Assembly (NCBI GenBank): GCA_965603515.1 | Contig: CBFDDH010000006.1 | Span: forward strand, 20,761-84,760 | DNA from: an uncultured bacterium | GTDB taxonomy: Bacteria; Hydrothermota; Tepidihabitantia; SM23-42 | Direction of reading: 5' to 3' | DNA: 64,000 nucleotides | In this document: positions 18,444-28,511 of the stretch, piece after piece | Numbering within the stretch: the stretch's first letter is position 1 | Layout: every line of letters starts with the position of its first letter | Notes under the pieces: model-generated | What the model was told of the DNA's origin: nothing | Databases searched by the model: none | The model's input: only the letters and a program-made list of their open reading frames with translations | Program-made: the position numbers and the translations under genes

Positions 18444-19694
18444 ATGATAAAAACATTAATTAATAGAGTGTTCCCCTTTACGTTTTTTCTTTTAGTTGTT
18501 TTAAATTGTGGCGGTAAAAAAAAGGAAGAAAAACCAATTTGCGGACCTGATACTCTAGCACCACCTAAAGGATCCTTGATCATGTTTCGGGGCGATCAAT
18601 ACCATGCATTTTGCGGTTCAGGCAAGGTGCCGCGCAGTATTAAGCTCATCTGGAAAGTTGAAACCGGTTTCATCTATGAAGGGAAAAAAGAAAAAAGAGG
18701 GGTTGATCCTAAAACAATCTGGCGCGGTATCGCATGGAGTGGTCAACCTGCGTTCTGGGGTGATACCATGGTTATCGGCTCATGTGATAGTTATTTATAT
18801 TGTCTTAACAAACATACCGGTAAACTGATTTGGAAGTACAAGTGCGGGCATTCAATAAAATCTTCACCCACCCTGTACAAGCGCCGTGTTTATTTCGGCG
18901 CGCGTGACAATTTCCTCCATTGTGTTTCCCTGCGCGATGGCAAGTTGATATGGAAAACAAAGATTGGCAATGACATGGATTCGTCACCGTGTATTGTTAA
19001 TGATACTATCTATGTGGGTGGCGAGGACCACTATATCTACTGCTTTGATGCAGATAGCGGTAAGATGATATGGAAAACAAAGGTCGCTGGTTCAATTGAG
19101 TCTTCAGTAGCAGTAGTCGATACATTTGTTTATGCTGGTTCATCACGCGGTTATTTATACTGTCTCTCAAGGCTTAACGGTAAGATCGTATGGAAATTCC
19201 GTACGGGCTCAGATACTGATGTATCACCAGTGATCATTGGTGATACATTATACATTGGCTGCGAGGCAGGTAAATTCTTTTGTATAGACCGGCATAAGGG
19301 TAAGGTGATCTGGCAGTACAAGACAATAGGTCGCGTGATTTCAACTCCAGCCGTGGTTGGCGGGCGAATATATTTTGGCTCGGGCGATGGACGCATTCAC
19401 TGCCTTAGTGCTGATTCAGGTAAAGTGATCTGGAAATTTCGCACTGATGGCGGCATCTGGAGCTCGCCGTGTGTAACTGATTCAATGATTGTCGTTGGCT
19501 CAAGAAGCGGTAAAATATATGGTATTACAACCGAGGCAGAATTAGTATGGTCTTTTCCTACTGGTGCGCTTATCAACGCCACGCCTGCAGTACTTGATGG
19601 CAGGATATATTGCGGCTCACATGATGGTTTTATCTATTGCCTTGGTGAAGACACTACTGAGGTACAAGAACAAGATTCTCTGAATAACCCCTAA
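18444..19694 (+). CDS. PQQ-like beta-propeller repeat lipoprotein (BamB-like)
   Basis: Lipobox VLNC; about 8 repeats of SSP...VY.G..D..LYC....GK.IWK. Confidence 0.85.
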   Translation: MIKTLINRVFPFTFFLLVVLNCGGKKKEEKPICGPDTLAPPKGSLIMFRGDQYHAFCGSGKVPRSIKLIWKVETGFIYEGKKEKRGVDPKTIWRGIAWSGQPAFWGDTMVIGSCDSYLYCLNKHTGKLIWKYKCGHSIKSSPTLYKRRVYFGARDNFLHCVSLRDGKLIWKTKIGNDMDSSPCIVNDTIYVGGEDHYIYCFDADSGKMIWKTKVAGSIESSVAVVDTFVYAGSSRGYLYCLSRLNGKIVWKFRTGSDTDVSPVIIGDTLYIGCEAGKFFCIDRHKGKVIWQYKTIGRVISTPAVVGGRIYFGSGDGRIHCLSADSGKVIWKFRTDGGIWSSPCVTDSMIVVGSRSGKIYGITTEAELVWSFPTGALINATPAVLDGRIYCGSHDGFIYCLGEDTTEVQEQDSLNNP

Positions 19695-19774
19695 TAACAC
19701 AAAAACCAAAGAAGTCAGTAATGGTTAGTTGCTGGAAACATTGACTTTGGTGCCATTCACAGTATAATAGATAC

Positions 19775-20767
19775 ATGAAGAATATTGCGGTACTTGGTGC
19801 AACTGGTCTGGTTGGTGAAGAAGTTATTAAAATATTAGAGCAGAGGAATTTCCCGATCAGGAAATTGCTTCCCTTTGCATCTGAACGCAGTGAGGGTCAG
19901 GCAATATTGTTTAAGGAACGCGAACTCGAGGTGGTGACCGATTACAATGAATTGATTGGTCAGGCAGAAATAGTCTTTGGATGTTTAGATGCACCGCTGG
20001 CAAAGGAAATCGTGCCCAAGTTTGCTGAGCGATCAGTTGTTATCGACAATTCAAATGCCTTTCGTATGGACCCTGAGGTGCCACTTATTATCCCCGAAAT
20101 AAACCCCGAGAAAGCAACTGAGCACAAAGGCATTATTGCTAATCCTAATTGTTCAACTATCCAGATGCTCGTTGCGCTTTACCCACTCCATAAAAAGGCT
20201 AAGGTGAAAAGGATTTTTGTAGCGACGTATCAATCAGTAAGCGGTGCTGGCAAAGGGGCTTTAGATGAATTGAAATACGAGTTTGAATACCTGTCCATGG
20301 GGCATGACATCGAGAAGACAGAAGATGCGGTTTTTAGCCATCCCATCGGTAATAATATTATTCCACAGATCGGTGGTTTTGATGATCAAGGTTATACGTC
20401 CGAAGAAATGAAGATGCTTCATGAGACAAGAAAGATTTTTGATGATGATTCAATACAAGTCACATCCACATGCGTGAGGATACCTGTTTTTATCGGACAT
20501 AGTGAGGTGCTATCAGTTGAGTTTGAAAAGCCCATTTCACCGGCTGAGGCGATTGAGATACTGCAAGAAGCTCCAGGTGTTAAGGTTTTTGACAAAGATG
20601 GAATATATCCAATACCGATCAACGCGGTTGGAAAAGATGCCGTGTTTGTTGGAAGGATAAGAAGAGACCTTGTGTTTGAGAACGGTTTAGCTTTGTGGAT
20701 CGTTGCGGACAATGTGCGCAAAGGTGCTGCATTGAACGCCGTGCAGATCGCCGAGTTGCTACTGTAA
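19775..20767 (+). CDS. asd: Aspartate-semialdehyde dehydrogenase
   Basis: GATGLVG, IDNS.AFRM, IANPNCST, YQSVSGAG, CVRIPV..GHS, DNVRKGAA; leaderless promoter 19741-19768. Confidence 0.95.
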   Translation: MKNIAVLGATGLVGEEVIKILEQRNFPIRKLLPFASERSEGQAILFKERELEVVTDYNELIGQAEIVFGCLDAPLAKEIVPKFAERSVVIDNSNAFRMDPEVPLIIPEINPEKATEHKGIIANPNCSTIQMLVALYPLHKKAKVKRIFVATYQSVSGAGKGALDELKYEFEYLSMGHDIEKTEDAVFSHPIGNNIIPQIGGFDDQGYTSEEMKMLHETRKIFDDDSIQVTSTCVRIPVFIGHSEVLSVEFEKPISPAEAIEILQEAPGVKVFDKDGIYPIPINAVGKDAVFVGRIRRDLVFENGLALWIVADNVRKGAALNAVQIAELLL

Positions 20768-20775
20768 TGTATAGA

Positions 20776-20920
20776 AATCCTATGGATTTCTATACAAATT
20801 CCAAATTCTCCCGCTTTGCGGGATCCACGATTTCCTTTATAATATGATCCGAAATGATAAATCGGGACAAATTCCAAATTCCAAACAAATCCTAAATCAT
20901 AATTTTTCAAATTTAAAATA
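20776..20920. repeat. Degenerate AAATTCC heptamer repeat tract with embedded hairpins
   Basis: acaaattccaaattc twice, caaacaaatcctaaat; tcccgctttgcggga hairpin; related tract at 59160-59300. Confidence 0.6.
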
Positions 20921-20976
20921 CCTACTTCCATGAACTACGATCTTCTGCGGAAAAACAAAGCGCGTTTTGAGGGGAT

Positions 20977-22158
20977 ATGATCGTCACTTGGTTTGGTTTC
21001 ATAATTTCCCTTGGCGTTATACTGATCATCGCACGCAAAAACCTTCCCCTGGCATTATTTTGCGGCGCGGTTGTCTTAGGTATCTTTACTATCCCTTTAG
21101 TATCGATCCCTTATAAGATCTTCGATACCCTAACTGATCCCTCAATCGTTCTGTTAGCACTCGCTATGGGTATTATTCCGATGATTGGTGGCGCAATGAA
21201 CCAGAGCGGTCAAATAGATGATTTGGTGAACAATCTGCGCATTGGTAGAAAAGGTCTCATGGCTCTGTCTCCGGCGATCATGGGTTTGCTGCCGATGCCC
21301 GGCGGTGCCCTTCTCTCAGCACCGATTTTGGAAAAAGGTGGGGAAGGTGTGCCTGCGGATCTGAAAGTAGCTATCAATGATTGGTTCCGTCATCTATTTG
21401 TTATGATCTATCCTTTGAGTTCGGCACTCATTGCCTCGGCAAAAATATCAAATCTCAGTGTTTACACTGCGCTATTGTCTCTTTTGCCGACTTTTGCATT
21501 TGCTCTGGTTCTGGGGCATTTTTTCTTTGTGCGTAGAGTGCGCGGGACTATTGACTACTCGTCTCCTTTTTCCATGAAAAAACTGCTCATCCCTCTAGGC
21601 ATTATTCTTGTTGCTCCGCTTCTTGATTTTGTGCTGAAGAAAGCACTCGCTCTACCAGTACAAGAAATCGCTACAGTCCTTGGTGTATGCACAGCTCTTG
21701 CTTTTTCCTTGCTTGTCAGTAAAAGTAAACCTAACCTCTGGGCTATTGCCAAAAAGATGAAACCGTGGAATTTCACTTTGATAATCATAGGCATGTTCAT
21801 ATTTCTGCACATTTTTCAAGCTTCTGATATCGCTAACTTGATCGCGACAATTCCTTTACCGATCGCGACCCTGAGTGTTGTCGCCGGTTTTATCCTCGGT
21901 TTTGCAACTGGTAGGGTTCTTTTGCCGGCTTCAATAATATTTCCAGTTTATTTGACAAGTGGTGCGATAACACCATTTGTTTTTGCGCTTATCTATACGA
22001 GCATTTTTTTCGGCTATGTGATTTCACCGGTTCATCCTTGTGTTTGCGTATCCCTTGAGTACTTCAATGTCTCGATGAAGAAGTTCTTTAAACTGATGAT
22101 TCTGCCAACAAGCATTATTATTGTGATCGCCTTAGTGACCTCGATCATATTTTTCTAA
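20977..22158 (+). CDS. DUF401 family membrane protein (ion-transporter superfamily-like)
   Basis: Polytopic; PA.MGLLPMPGGAL.SAP, N.WFRH, SPVH.C. Confidence 0.85.
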   Translation: MIVTWFGFIISLGVILIIARKNLPLALFCGAVVLGIFTIPLVSIPYKIFDTLTDPSIVLLALAMGIIPMIGGAMNQSGQIDDLVNNLRIGRKGLMALSPAIMGLLPMPGGALLSAPILEKGGEGVPADLKVAINDWFRHLFVMIYPLSSALIASAKISNLSVYTALLSLLPTFAFALVLGHFFFVRRVRGTIDYSSPFSMKKLLIPLGIILVAPLLDFVLKKALALPVQEIATVLGVCTALAFSLLVSKSKPNLWAIAKKMKPWNFTLIIIGMFIFLHIFQASDIANLIATIPLPIATLSVVAGFILGFATGRVLLPASIIFPVYLTSGAITPFVFALIYTSIFFGYVISPVHPCVCVSLEYFNVSMKKFFKLMILPTSIIIVIALVTSIIFF

Positions 22159-22228
22159 ATCGAATAACCATTCATTGACACGCTGCTTCAAAAGTCTATA
22201 ATAATTTAAATCCAGGGAGGTTAAAACG

Positions 22229-24553
22229 ATGAGTCTCTTCGTCCTATTATTATGCAGTTATTATTGCCCAGATGGTTATTTTCTTAATCCCCACGTATTA
22301 GACGATTACATAGTCCTAACCGACAATCACTGTTCATCAATATATGAAATACACAATACAAAGATGACCAGGTTAATCACTGGACCGGGTTGTGGTAGAT
22401 ATTTTTCTTTATCACCGGATCGTGGTTTCATCGGTCTGAAAATAATAAAGGAAAACGGTCAGCAAATACCATCTCTGTACGATCGTTCATCTGAACAATT
22501 GATTGTGTTGCATGAACCGCAGTACCAGGTTGGACAGATCAGTTTTTCAAATGAGGGCACGATTGCTTTCACCATAGGTTCTGAATTATTTGTGATGGAA
22601 AGTAAGGATTCAAGAAAATACGATCTTGGAACGTATGCAAACCTGGCACCTATTTCCCCTGATGGTAAATATGTAGTGTATAATGACGACCAGGACCAGT
22701 TATGGCTCCTGGAGTTTGGGACTGGAGAAAAAACATGCATTACCAAGCAGGGAGAGGCCGGTTTCTTTTATCCTGAATGGTCGTCCAATACTGAGCGTAT
22801 CGTGTATTCAAGCCTCGATGGTGAACTCAATGTATTCGATTTATCAAACGGGCAGACCTATCATCTCGGCGTTGGTGCAAGTCCTTGCTGGTCAGCTGAT
22901 GGGCAGTATGTAGTTTTTCATCGGATCGAAACTAATGGACATACCATAACTGGCGCTGATCTGTACCTTGCTAAGTATGATGCGAGTGAACAAGTACGAT
23001 TAACATACACAGAATTAGTATTTGAGATGGATCCGGAATTCTATGATCATGACCAGAAGGTAAGTTATCATACGTTTGATCGTCGGGAAATTTGCATTGC
23101 CGAGTTCCAGAAGAAAATGCTGATGAATCATGAAATAGTTTATACTCTTGCCAGACCTATTAAGATGATTGATTTTGACCACCAGGCCTATCCACAGGCC
23201 AGAGATTCCATTGATGTGCCTTACCTTCATCAGGTCTATGATACCCCTGACTGGTTTAATGGACACTGGGCTTGCGCGCCAACAACCGCAATGATGGCTA
23301 TTGCCTATTATAACAGACTACCGCAGTGGGATTGCTGGTGTTCTTCACCCTATGGTCACACCAGTCATTTTGGTCGATACCTGTGCGAGCTGTACCACTA
23401 TCGAGAAATTGACTATACCTGGCAGGCGCAGGATCCAAGCGGCAATTGGGCACGTGGCGGATACGGTTATATGTGGTCTGGGACTAATCGTCCTTATACG
23501 CATATGGCGCCATATTTAACTAATCATAATATGACTTCGTGGCGCGATGATTCGCCGACCTTTGCAGAAACAATAGCTGAGGTAAATGCTGGTTACCCTT
23601 ATGGTATGTGTGTTGGATTGACTGGGGCAGGTCATTTAGTCTTGGCAATCGGTCAAGTATTGAATTGGCACACGCTCATTTTTAATGATCCATATGGTGA
23701 TAAAAATACGGCTGGCTATCCAAGTTATGACGGCAAATATGCGCGCTATGATTGGCCAGGCTATAATAATGGTTATGAAAACCTTAATAATGTCTACTGG
23801 TGCGTTGATGCACAAGGTTATTGGGAACCTGCGACTGATACTATTGTAGATGATCTTCAGTTTACTGATGGTTTTTATCTTCACACTGATCCACCGTCGT
23901 CCATGGTATACTGGCGCGATGTTCTAACCGGTTATAATGGGCATGCATGGTGGACCTATACTACCGCCGCAACGTATCAAGATACCTGCTATGCGGTCTG
24001 GACACCGGTCCTTACTGGGCTTGCTGATTATAATTTGTATGCCTATATTCCAGATAGCCATGCTAATGCAACAGAGGCGCGATATCATATTAATACTTAT
24101 GCAGGGAGTACCATGGTCATGATCGATCAGTCGAGCTACTCAGATGAATGGGCACTACTCGGTGTGTTTGGATTCATGGGCAACGCATATGTACGTCTTG
24201 GAGATGCCACTGGTACCCAGGGTCAATATATTGCTTTTGATGCGCTGAAGTGGGAATTTTTAGGACCAGGCATTGATGAATCCGATGCATCGATTGAACC
24301 AGCGCTGGTCACCCTAGTCAGTAACCCGGTAATAGAATTTATCAGGCTCAATGTCAGGAGCAGCAGTTCAAGGATTGCTGTTATGCTATACAATATAGCC
24401 GGGTGCTGTGTATATGATGCTGAAAAAGATATCTCTGCAGGTAATGCACAGGAAGTATTGATCGATGTCAGCCAGTTACCATCTGGTATATACATTCTGA
24501 AGACTTTAATCAACGGTCGAGAAATCATCAGCAAGTGCGTTATCCTTAAGTGA
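22229..24553 (+). CDS. Exported multidomain protein: TolB-like propeller + C39-like cysteine peptidase + golvesin/Xly-like beta-sandwich + Por-type CTD
   Basis: SPDG/WS.DG PD40 repeats; VPYLHQ..ACAPTTAMM, GHLVL, NDPYG triad; IVDD..YAVWTP..W..LG.F..AFDALKW; NP..YNIAG..SGIYIL tail. Confidence 0.75.
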   Translation: MSLFVLLLCSYYCPDGYFLNPHVLDDYIVLTDNHCSSIYEIHNTKMTRLITGPGCGRYFSLSPDRGFIGLKIIKENGQQIPSLYDRSSEQLIVLHEPQYQVGQISFSNEGTIAFTIGSELFVMESKDSRKYDLGTYANLAPISPDGKYVVYNDDQDQLWLLEFGTGEKTCITKQGEAGFFYPEWSSNTERIVYSSLDGELNVFDLSNGQTYHLGVGASPCWSADGQYVVFHRIETNGHTITGADLYLAKYDASEQVRLTYTELVFEMDPEFYDHDQKVSYHTFDRREICIAEFQKKMLMNHEIVYTLARPIKMIDFDHQAYPQARDSIDVPYLHQVYDTPDWFNGHWACAPTTAMMAIAYYNRLPQWDCWCSSPYGHTSHFGRYLCELYHYREIDYTWQAQDPSGNWARGGYGYMWSGTNRPYTHMAPYLTNHNMTSWRDDSPTFAETIAEVNAGYPYGMCVGLTGAGHLVLAIGQVLNWHTLIFNDPYGDKNTAGYPSYDGKYARYDWPGYNNGYENLNNVYWCVDAQGYWEPATDTIVDDLQFTDGFYLHTDPPSSMVYWRDVLTGYNGHAWWTYTTAATYQDTCYAVWTPVLTGLADYNLYAYIPDSHANATEARYHINTYAGSTMVMIDQSSYSDEWALLGVFGFMGNAYVRLGDATGTQGQYIAFDALKWEFLGPGIDESDASIEPALVTLVSNPVIEFIRLNVRSSSSRIAVMLYNIAGCCVYDAEKDISAGNAQEVLIDVSQLPSGIYILKTLINGREIISKCVILK

Positions 24554-24607
24554 AATAGATTTCGCTGATTTTATTTTCCACAGACTTTCCTTTAATACTC
24601 TCAGCTA

Positions 24608-24631
24608 TCATTTTGTCAATTGACAAAATGA
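24608..24631. other. Perfect 24-bp palindrome
   Basis: TCATTTTGTCAATTGACAAAATGA equals its own reverse complement. Confidence 0.8.
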
Positions 24632-24705
24632 CAAAATGAGGGTTTGGATGAAAAAGACTGTTTAGATAAAAAAGGGAGCCGATAAGAGTTATTCCATGAA
24701 TAAAG

Positions 24706-24780
24706 CGGGGCCGACGAGAGTTGAACTCGCGACCTCCTGCGTGACAGGCAGGCGTTCTAACCAATCTGAACTACGACCCC
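24706..24780 (-). tRNA. tRNA-Asp (GTC), CCA not encoded
   Basis: GGGGTCG TAGTTCAGATTGGTTAGAAC G CCTGC CTGTCAC GCAGG AGGTC GCGAG TTCAACT CTCGT CGGCCCC G cloverleaf; promoter TTGACT-N17-TATAAT at 24832-24804. Confidence 0.97.
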
Positions 24781-24875
24781 ATATAGATCAATAATAACAA
24801 TTTATTATAGCGTAAAAAAAAAGAGAAGTCAATATCTTAGTTGACTTGGTGCGGTTTCATACTATACTATGACTG

Positions 24876-26282
24876 ATGTTTTTTCTCATCCCTATCGGCA
24901 GTGAAGAGGGTGTAAGGCGCTTGCCATATTTCACCATCGGGTTGATCGCCCTCAATGCCATCATTTTTATGTTCACCAGCAGTGTGCAAAACAGACAGGA
25001 GCAGGAGCTTTTCAGGATCCATCAAGAGATGGAGGAAATCGAAATTAGGTACTTTTTTGATATTCTGGCACAGGATCCGAATGCGATGCAAAATATAACA
25101 CTTGATGAACAGCATGAACTGTTTTTAGGAAATGAAAATATCCGCTGGGAAGAAGATGATCATGAGGTGTGGCATGAGCTGTATAATGAATATAAAATAA
25201 AATTCAGCAATGTCGTGTTCAATGAATTGGGTTTTACGCCCAAACATTTTGCCTTTTTCAAACTCTTCACGCACATGTTCGTTCATGCTAATTTTTTCCA
25301 CCTTCTCTTCAATATGCTATTTTTATGGTTAGTCGGCTGCAATATCGAAGATACTTGGTCGTGGAAAGTATTCCTTGGTCTGTACTTGATTTCTGGAGTT
25401 ATCGCGTGCCTGCTGCATACTGCGGTTTATTCTGCGAGCAATACACCTTTGGTCGGTGCGTCCGGTGCAATTGCCGGCATCATGGGTGCGTTTATGATAC
25501 GGCACTACAAGACCAAGATCAGGTTCGCCTATTTCTTTTGGCTGATATTCGTGCCGCCGATCTTTGGCTCCTTTGCTATCTATGCTGGTATTGCCCTGCC
25601 CATCTGGTTTCTAATGCAGATAGTGAGTGCCAGGTGGAGTGTTGGGGTTGGCACTGCGTATTATGCACATATCGGTGGATTCATCTTCGGAGCTGCAGTC
25701 GGCATGGGGATGAAATTTCTCGGTATCGAAAAAAAATATGTGGCGCCTATGGTTGAAGATAGCTTTGAGAAATTAAAAATGTCTTCTCAGATGAAAGAAG
25801 TGTACAGGAAAATGGATATCAATGATACAGCAGGTGCCATGCCTTTACTTTTGGCTGTCTTGGATGAGGAACCCCGGAATTTCGATGCGCCCTTGATCCT
25901 CGCTCGCATCTATTATGAGAAAGGTCATCACGATGATGCAATGCTCATGTACAATAAGGCGCTCGATGTCGCCCTAATATCAGCAGAATCAGATATTGTC
26001 TTATCTGTTTATGAAGAGTTACGTGAAAAAGGTCTTTTGCAGAAGATTACTGAGAAGAACCTGTATAACCTTGCTGCAGTTTTAGATAGCAGTGCGAAAT
26101 ACAAAGACGCAGTGGAGACGTTTGGTGTATATGTGAAATTCTTTCCTCACGGCCAAGTAAGGGCAAAGGCATTATACCGCGTTTACCTTCTTTTTAAAAA
26201 TAAGCTGGATAACCCAGCCATGGCGCAGAAAACCTATGTCTTTCTGAAAAAAGAATATCCTGATTTTCCAACAGCAGAATAG
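24876..26282 (+). CDS. Rhomboid family intramembrane serine protease with C-terminal TPR region
   Basis: HMFVHA.FFHL.FNM.FLW, GASGA, AH.GGF; soluble insertion after TM1; helical TPR-like C-terminus. Confidence 0.9.
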   Translation: MFFLIPIGSEEGVRRLPYFTIGLIALNAIIFMFTSSVQNRQEQELFRIHQEMEEIEIRYFFDILAQDPNAMQNITLDEQHELFLGNENIRWEEDDHEVWHELYNEYKIKFSNVVFNELGFTPKHFAFFKLFTHMFVHANFFHLLFNMLFLWLVGCNIEDTWSWKVFLGLYLISGVIACLLHTAVYSASNTPLVGASGAIAGIMGAFMIRHYKTKIRFAYFFWLIFVPPIFGSFAIYAGIALPIWFLMQIVSARWSVGVGTAYYAHIGGFIFGAAVGMGMKFLGIEKKYVAPMVEDSFEKLKMSSQMKEVYRKMDINDTAGAMPLLLAVLDEEPRNFDAPLILARIYYEKGHHDDAMLMYNKALDVALISAESDIVLSVYEELREKGLLQKITEKNLYNLAAVLDSSAKYKDAVETFGVYVKFFPHGQVRAKALYRVYLLFKNKLDNPAMAQKTYVFLKKEYPDFPTAE

Positions 26283-26335
26283 CAATCAATCACTCAATCG
26301 CATTGACTCCTGAGCGATAATGAATATATTTACCA

Positions 26336-26995
26336 ATGGCAGATAAGAAACACAAACCTTCACCCTATAATTATTGCGATTATCGTTGTGAATGCTGTGA
26401 TGAAAAAGATGATTGTCGGGTTTATAAAGATAACGCGGAACGTGTGCTGCAACACTATTTGAAAGGTGAGAATCCTGATGACCCTGAGATTTTCCTGAAA
26501 GATTTGCACAATATCTTTGCTGAAACCAAAAGCATGATCAAAGATATGGCAAAGAAGCAGGGTATTGAAATAGATACTTCATCTGGTGATGAAATACCTG
26601 AGGTTAATCCGGAAGAATACACTATCTATTGCATTGCGCATGAGTATTTTATGGAAGCGAGCAGTTTCATAAAAGAATTACAGCCACCTGGTATACCTAA
26701 ATCAATTGAGGAAGACTTCTCTGATCTTGTCTGGTATCACACACTCATTGCTGCCAAGTCAGGCAGATTAGTATCAGGTTTTATCGACGACTTCTTTGAT
26801 GACGAAATTCAGGAAATGGAAGAAAAAGGGACTCTTAAAGTGATTGCCAAGGGCATTGACTTGTCTAAAAAAGCCCTGCAAAATATGCTCAATGAATTAC
26901 CTGATCATTTGCCACAAATCGCCGATTTGATGGCTTTGCTTAAAAGATTAGAAGATATAATAAAGACCGATATCCACCAGAAAGTAGCAGAGTAA
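26336..26995 (+). CDS. Hypothetical protein with N-terminal Cys cluster
   Basis: YNYCDYRCECC...C, WY..LI.AK; leaderless promoter 26303-26330. Confidence 0.75.
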   Translation: MADKKHKPSPYNYCDYRCECCDEKDDCRVYKDNAERVLQHYLKGENPDDPEIFLKDLHNIFAETKSMIKDMAKKQGIEIDTSSGDEIPEVNPEEYTIYCIAHEYFMEASSFIKELQPPGIPKSIEEDFSDLVWYHTLIAAKSGRLVSGFIDDFFDDEIQEMEEKGTLKVIAKGIDLSKKALQNMLNELPDHLPQIADLMALLKRLEDIIKTDIHQKVAE

Positions 26996-27047
26996 CACTC
27001 CAATCTATACTAAAAAGCAACAATGTCAAAACTATGTCCAGATTTTT

Positions 27048-27098
27048 CCCTCTCCCTTGAAGGGAGAGGGTAGGGGTGAGGGTGAGAAAACGTCACCC
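27048..27098. repeat. CCCTCTCCC..GGGAGAGGG..GGGTGAGGG-type REP-like palindrome
   Basis: ccctctcccttgaagggagaggg taggggtgagggtga...tcaccc. Confidence 0.75.
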
Positions 27099-27140
27099 GC
27101 ATTATCATTGTAATCCCCGCGATTTTGTGTATAATTGACC

Positions 27141-28511
27141 GTGAAGATTGATATCACAAAGAAAATACTCGATACAGTTCAAAATACTGACCAGAAATAC
27201 AATATGTTCAAGGACGGGAAAAGGGTAGTCATTGCGTTTTCTTCTGGTCCGGATTCTGTTTGTCTTCTTGACACGCTGTTCAATCTTTACCATGATAAGA
27301 TAGATTTCCACCTTGTTTATGTAAACCATGGGTTACGACCCCAGGAATATTTAAGCAAAGAAGAGGAGCTAACAAAGAAATATGCCCTGAAATATAATAT
27401 TAAGTATAAGATAATCCCTCTCAAAGTTTCAAGAACAAATCTTGGCAGCGAAGGAACAGCACGTCAAATGCGCCACAAGGCATTATGTAAATACCTGAGG
27501 AGAATCAATGGACAAGTAATTGCGCTTGGTCATAACCTTGATGATGTTGTCGAGACGTTTTTCATGAACTTGATCAGAGGCAGTGGTGCGCGGGGGTTGA
27601 GATCAATCCCGGCAAAGCGCCAACCATTTGTCAGGCCGCTAATAGATTTAAAAAAAACCGAGATTATTAAATACTTGAGAAATAAGAGGCTAGATTATTC
27701 TTTGGATGAGACAAATCAGATTTTAGATTATCGCCGTAATCTGCTAAGACATAAGATTATACCAAAATTCCTCAAGATTAATCCAGAATTGCACCGGGTC
27801 ATTGAGCGAACCATCGCTATAATCAGACAGGATGATGATTTTCTTGAAGGACAAGCTCGTAAGGCGTACGAAAAGGTGGCGGAGCGAAAATCTGGTCACA
27901 TTTCACTTGACACAAAGAAATTATTGAAGTATAATCCAGCTGTCCAAAACAGGGTGGTAATGAAAACAGTAAAAGACCTGCATGGTGTCCTTGAAGGCTT
28001 TGAAAGTAAACATATTGCGCAAATACTAGGTCTAAACAATAAAGAGAGCGGCAAAAAGATACATCTGCCCAAAAAACTGTATGCGCAGAGAGAATATAAT
28101 AAGGTGATTGTTGGATTTCCAAAGTTGCGCAAACAGATTGAGATAGCCGTGGATACAGAAAGAGATTTCTTGGTCATCGGTAATCTTCTTGTTAAGATAC
28201 GCACCGAGACAGAATTTGATTTGAGTAAATTAAAGCCGGATTGTGAGGTTTTTGACCTGGATGGGCTTGAGCCGCCACTGCTGATAAGGAGCAAGAGGGA
28301 TGGAGATTTTATTGTAACAAAGATTGGCAGGAAAAAGGTCAAAAATATTTTCCAGGATCGTAAAACACCTTTGCACCAGCGAAAAGAAATAATGATGCTG
28401 TGTGACAAAACAGGTATCCTTTGGGTAATTGGCATAACACGTTCTTCCCGAGCTTTTATCAGGAAGAGCACAAAGAAGATATTGGTGGTGAGTTTTGCAC
28501 ATTCTACTTAA
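27141..28511 (+). CDS. tilS: tRNA(Ile)-lysidine synthase
   Basis: SSGPDS PP-loop, HGLR, GH.LDD..ET, RPL, D.TN...Y.RN..RH; GTG start 5 nt after TATAAT. Confidence 0.93.
   Translation: MKIDITKKILDTVQNTDQKYNMFKDGKRVVIAFSSGPDSVCLLDTLFNLYHDKIDFHLVYVNHGLRPQEYLSKEEELTKKYALKYNIKYKIIPLKVSRTNLGSEGTARQMRHKALCKYLRRINGQVIALGHNLDDVVETFFMNLIRGSGARGLRSIPAKRQPFVRPLIDLKKTEIIKYLRNKRLDYSLDETNQILDYRRNLLRHKIIPKFLKINPELHRVIERTIAIIRQDDDFLEGQARKAYEKVAERKSGHISLDTKKLLKYNPAVQNRVVMKTVKDLHGVLEGFESKHIAQILGLNNKESGKKIHLPKKLYAQREYNKVIVGFPKLRKQIEIAVDTERDFLVIGNLLVKIRTETEFDLSKLKPDCEVFDLDGLEPPLLIRSKRDGDFIVTKIGRKKVKNIFQDRKTPLHQRKEIMMLCDKTGILWVIGITRSSRAFIRKSTKKILVVSFAHST

Noticed and set aside
20419-20931. 170-aa minus-strand ORF with LGFVWNLEF
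   Set aside because: Shadow of asd plus translation of the heptamer repeat tract
24546-24764. 72-aa minus-strand ORF
   Set aside because: It is a translation of the tRNA-Asp gene and its trailer
26336-26995. Radical SAM enzyme (e.g. the missing NrdG)
   Set aside because: CxxxCxxC is present but the rest lacks GGEP and other radical-SAM core motifs and looks all-helical
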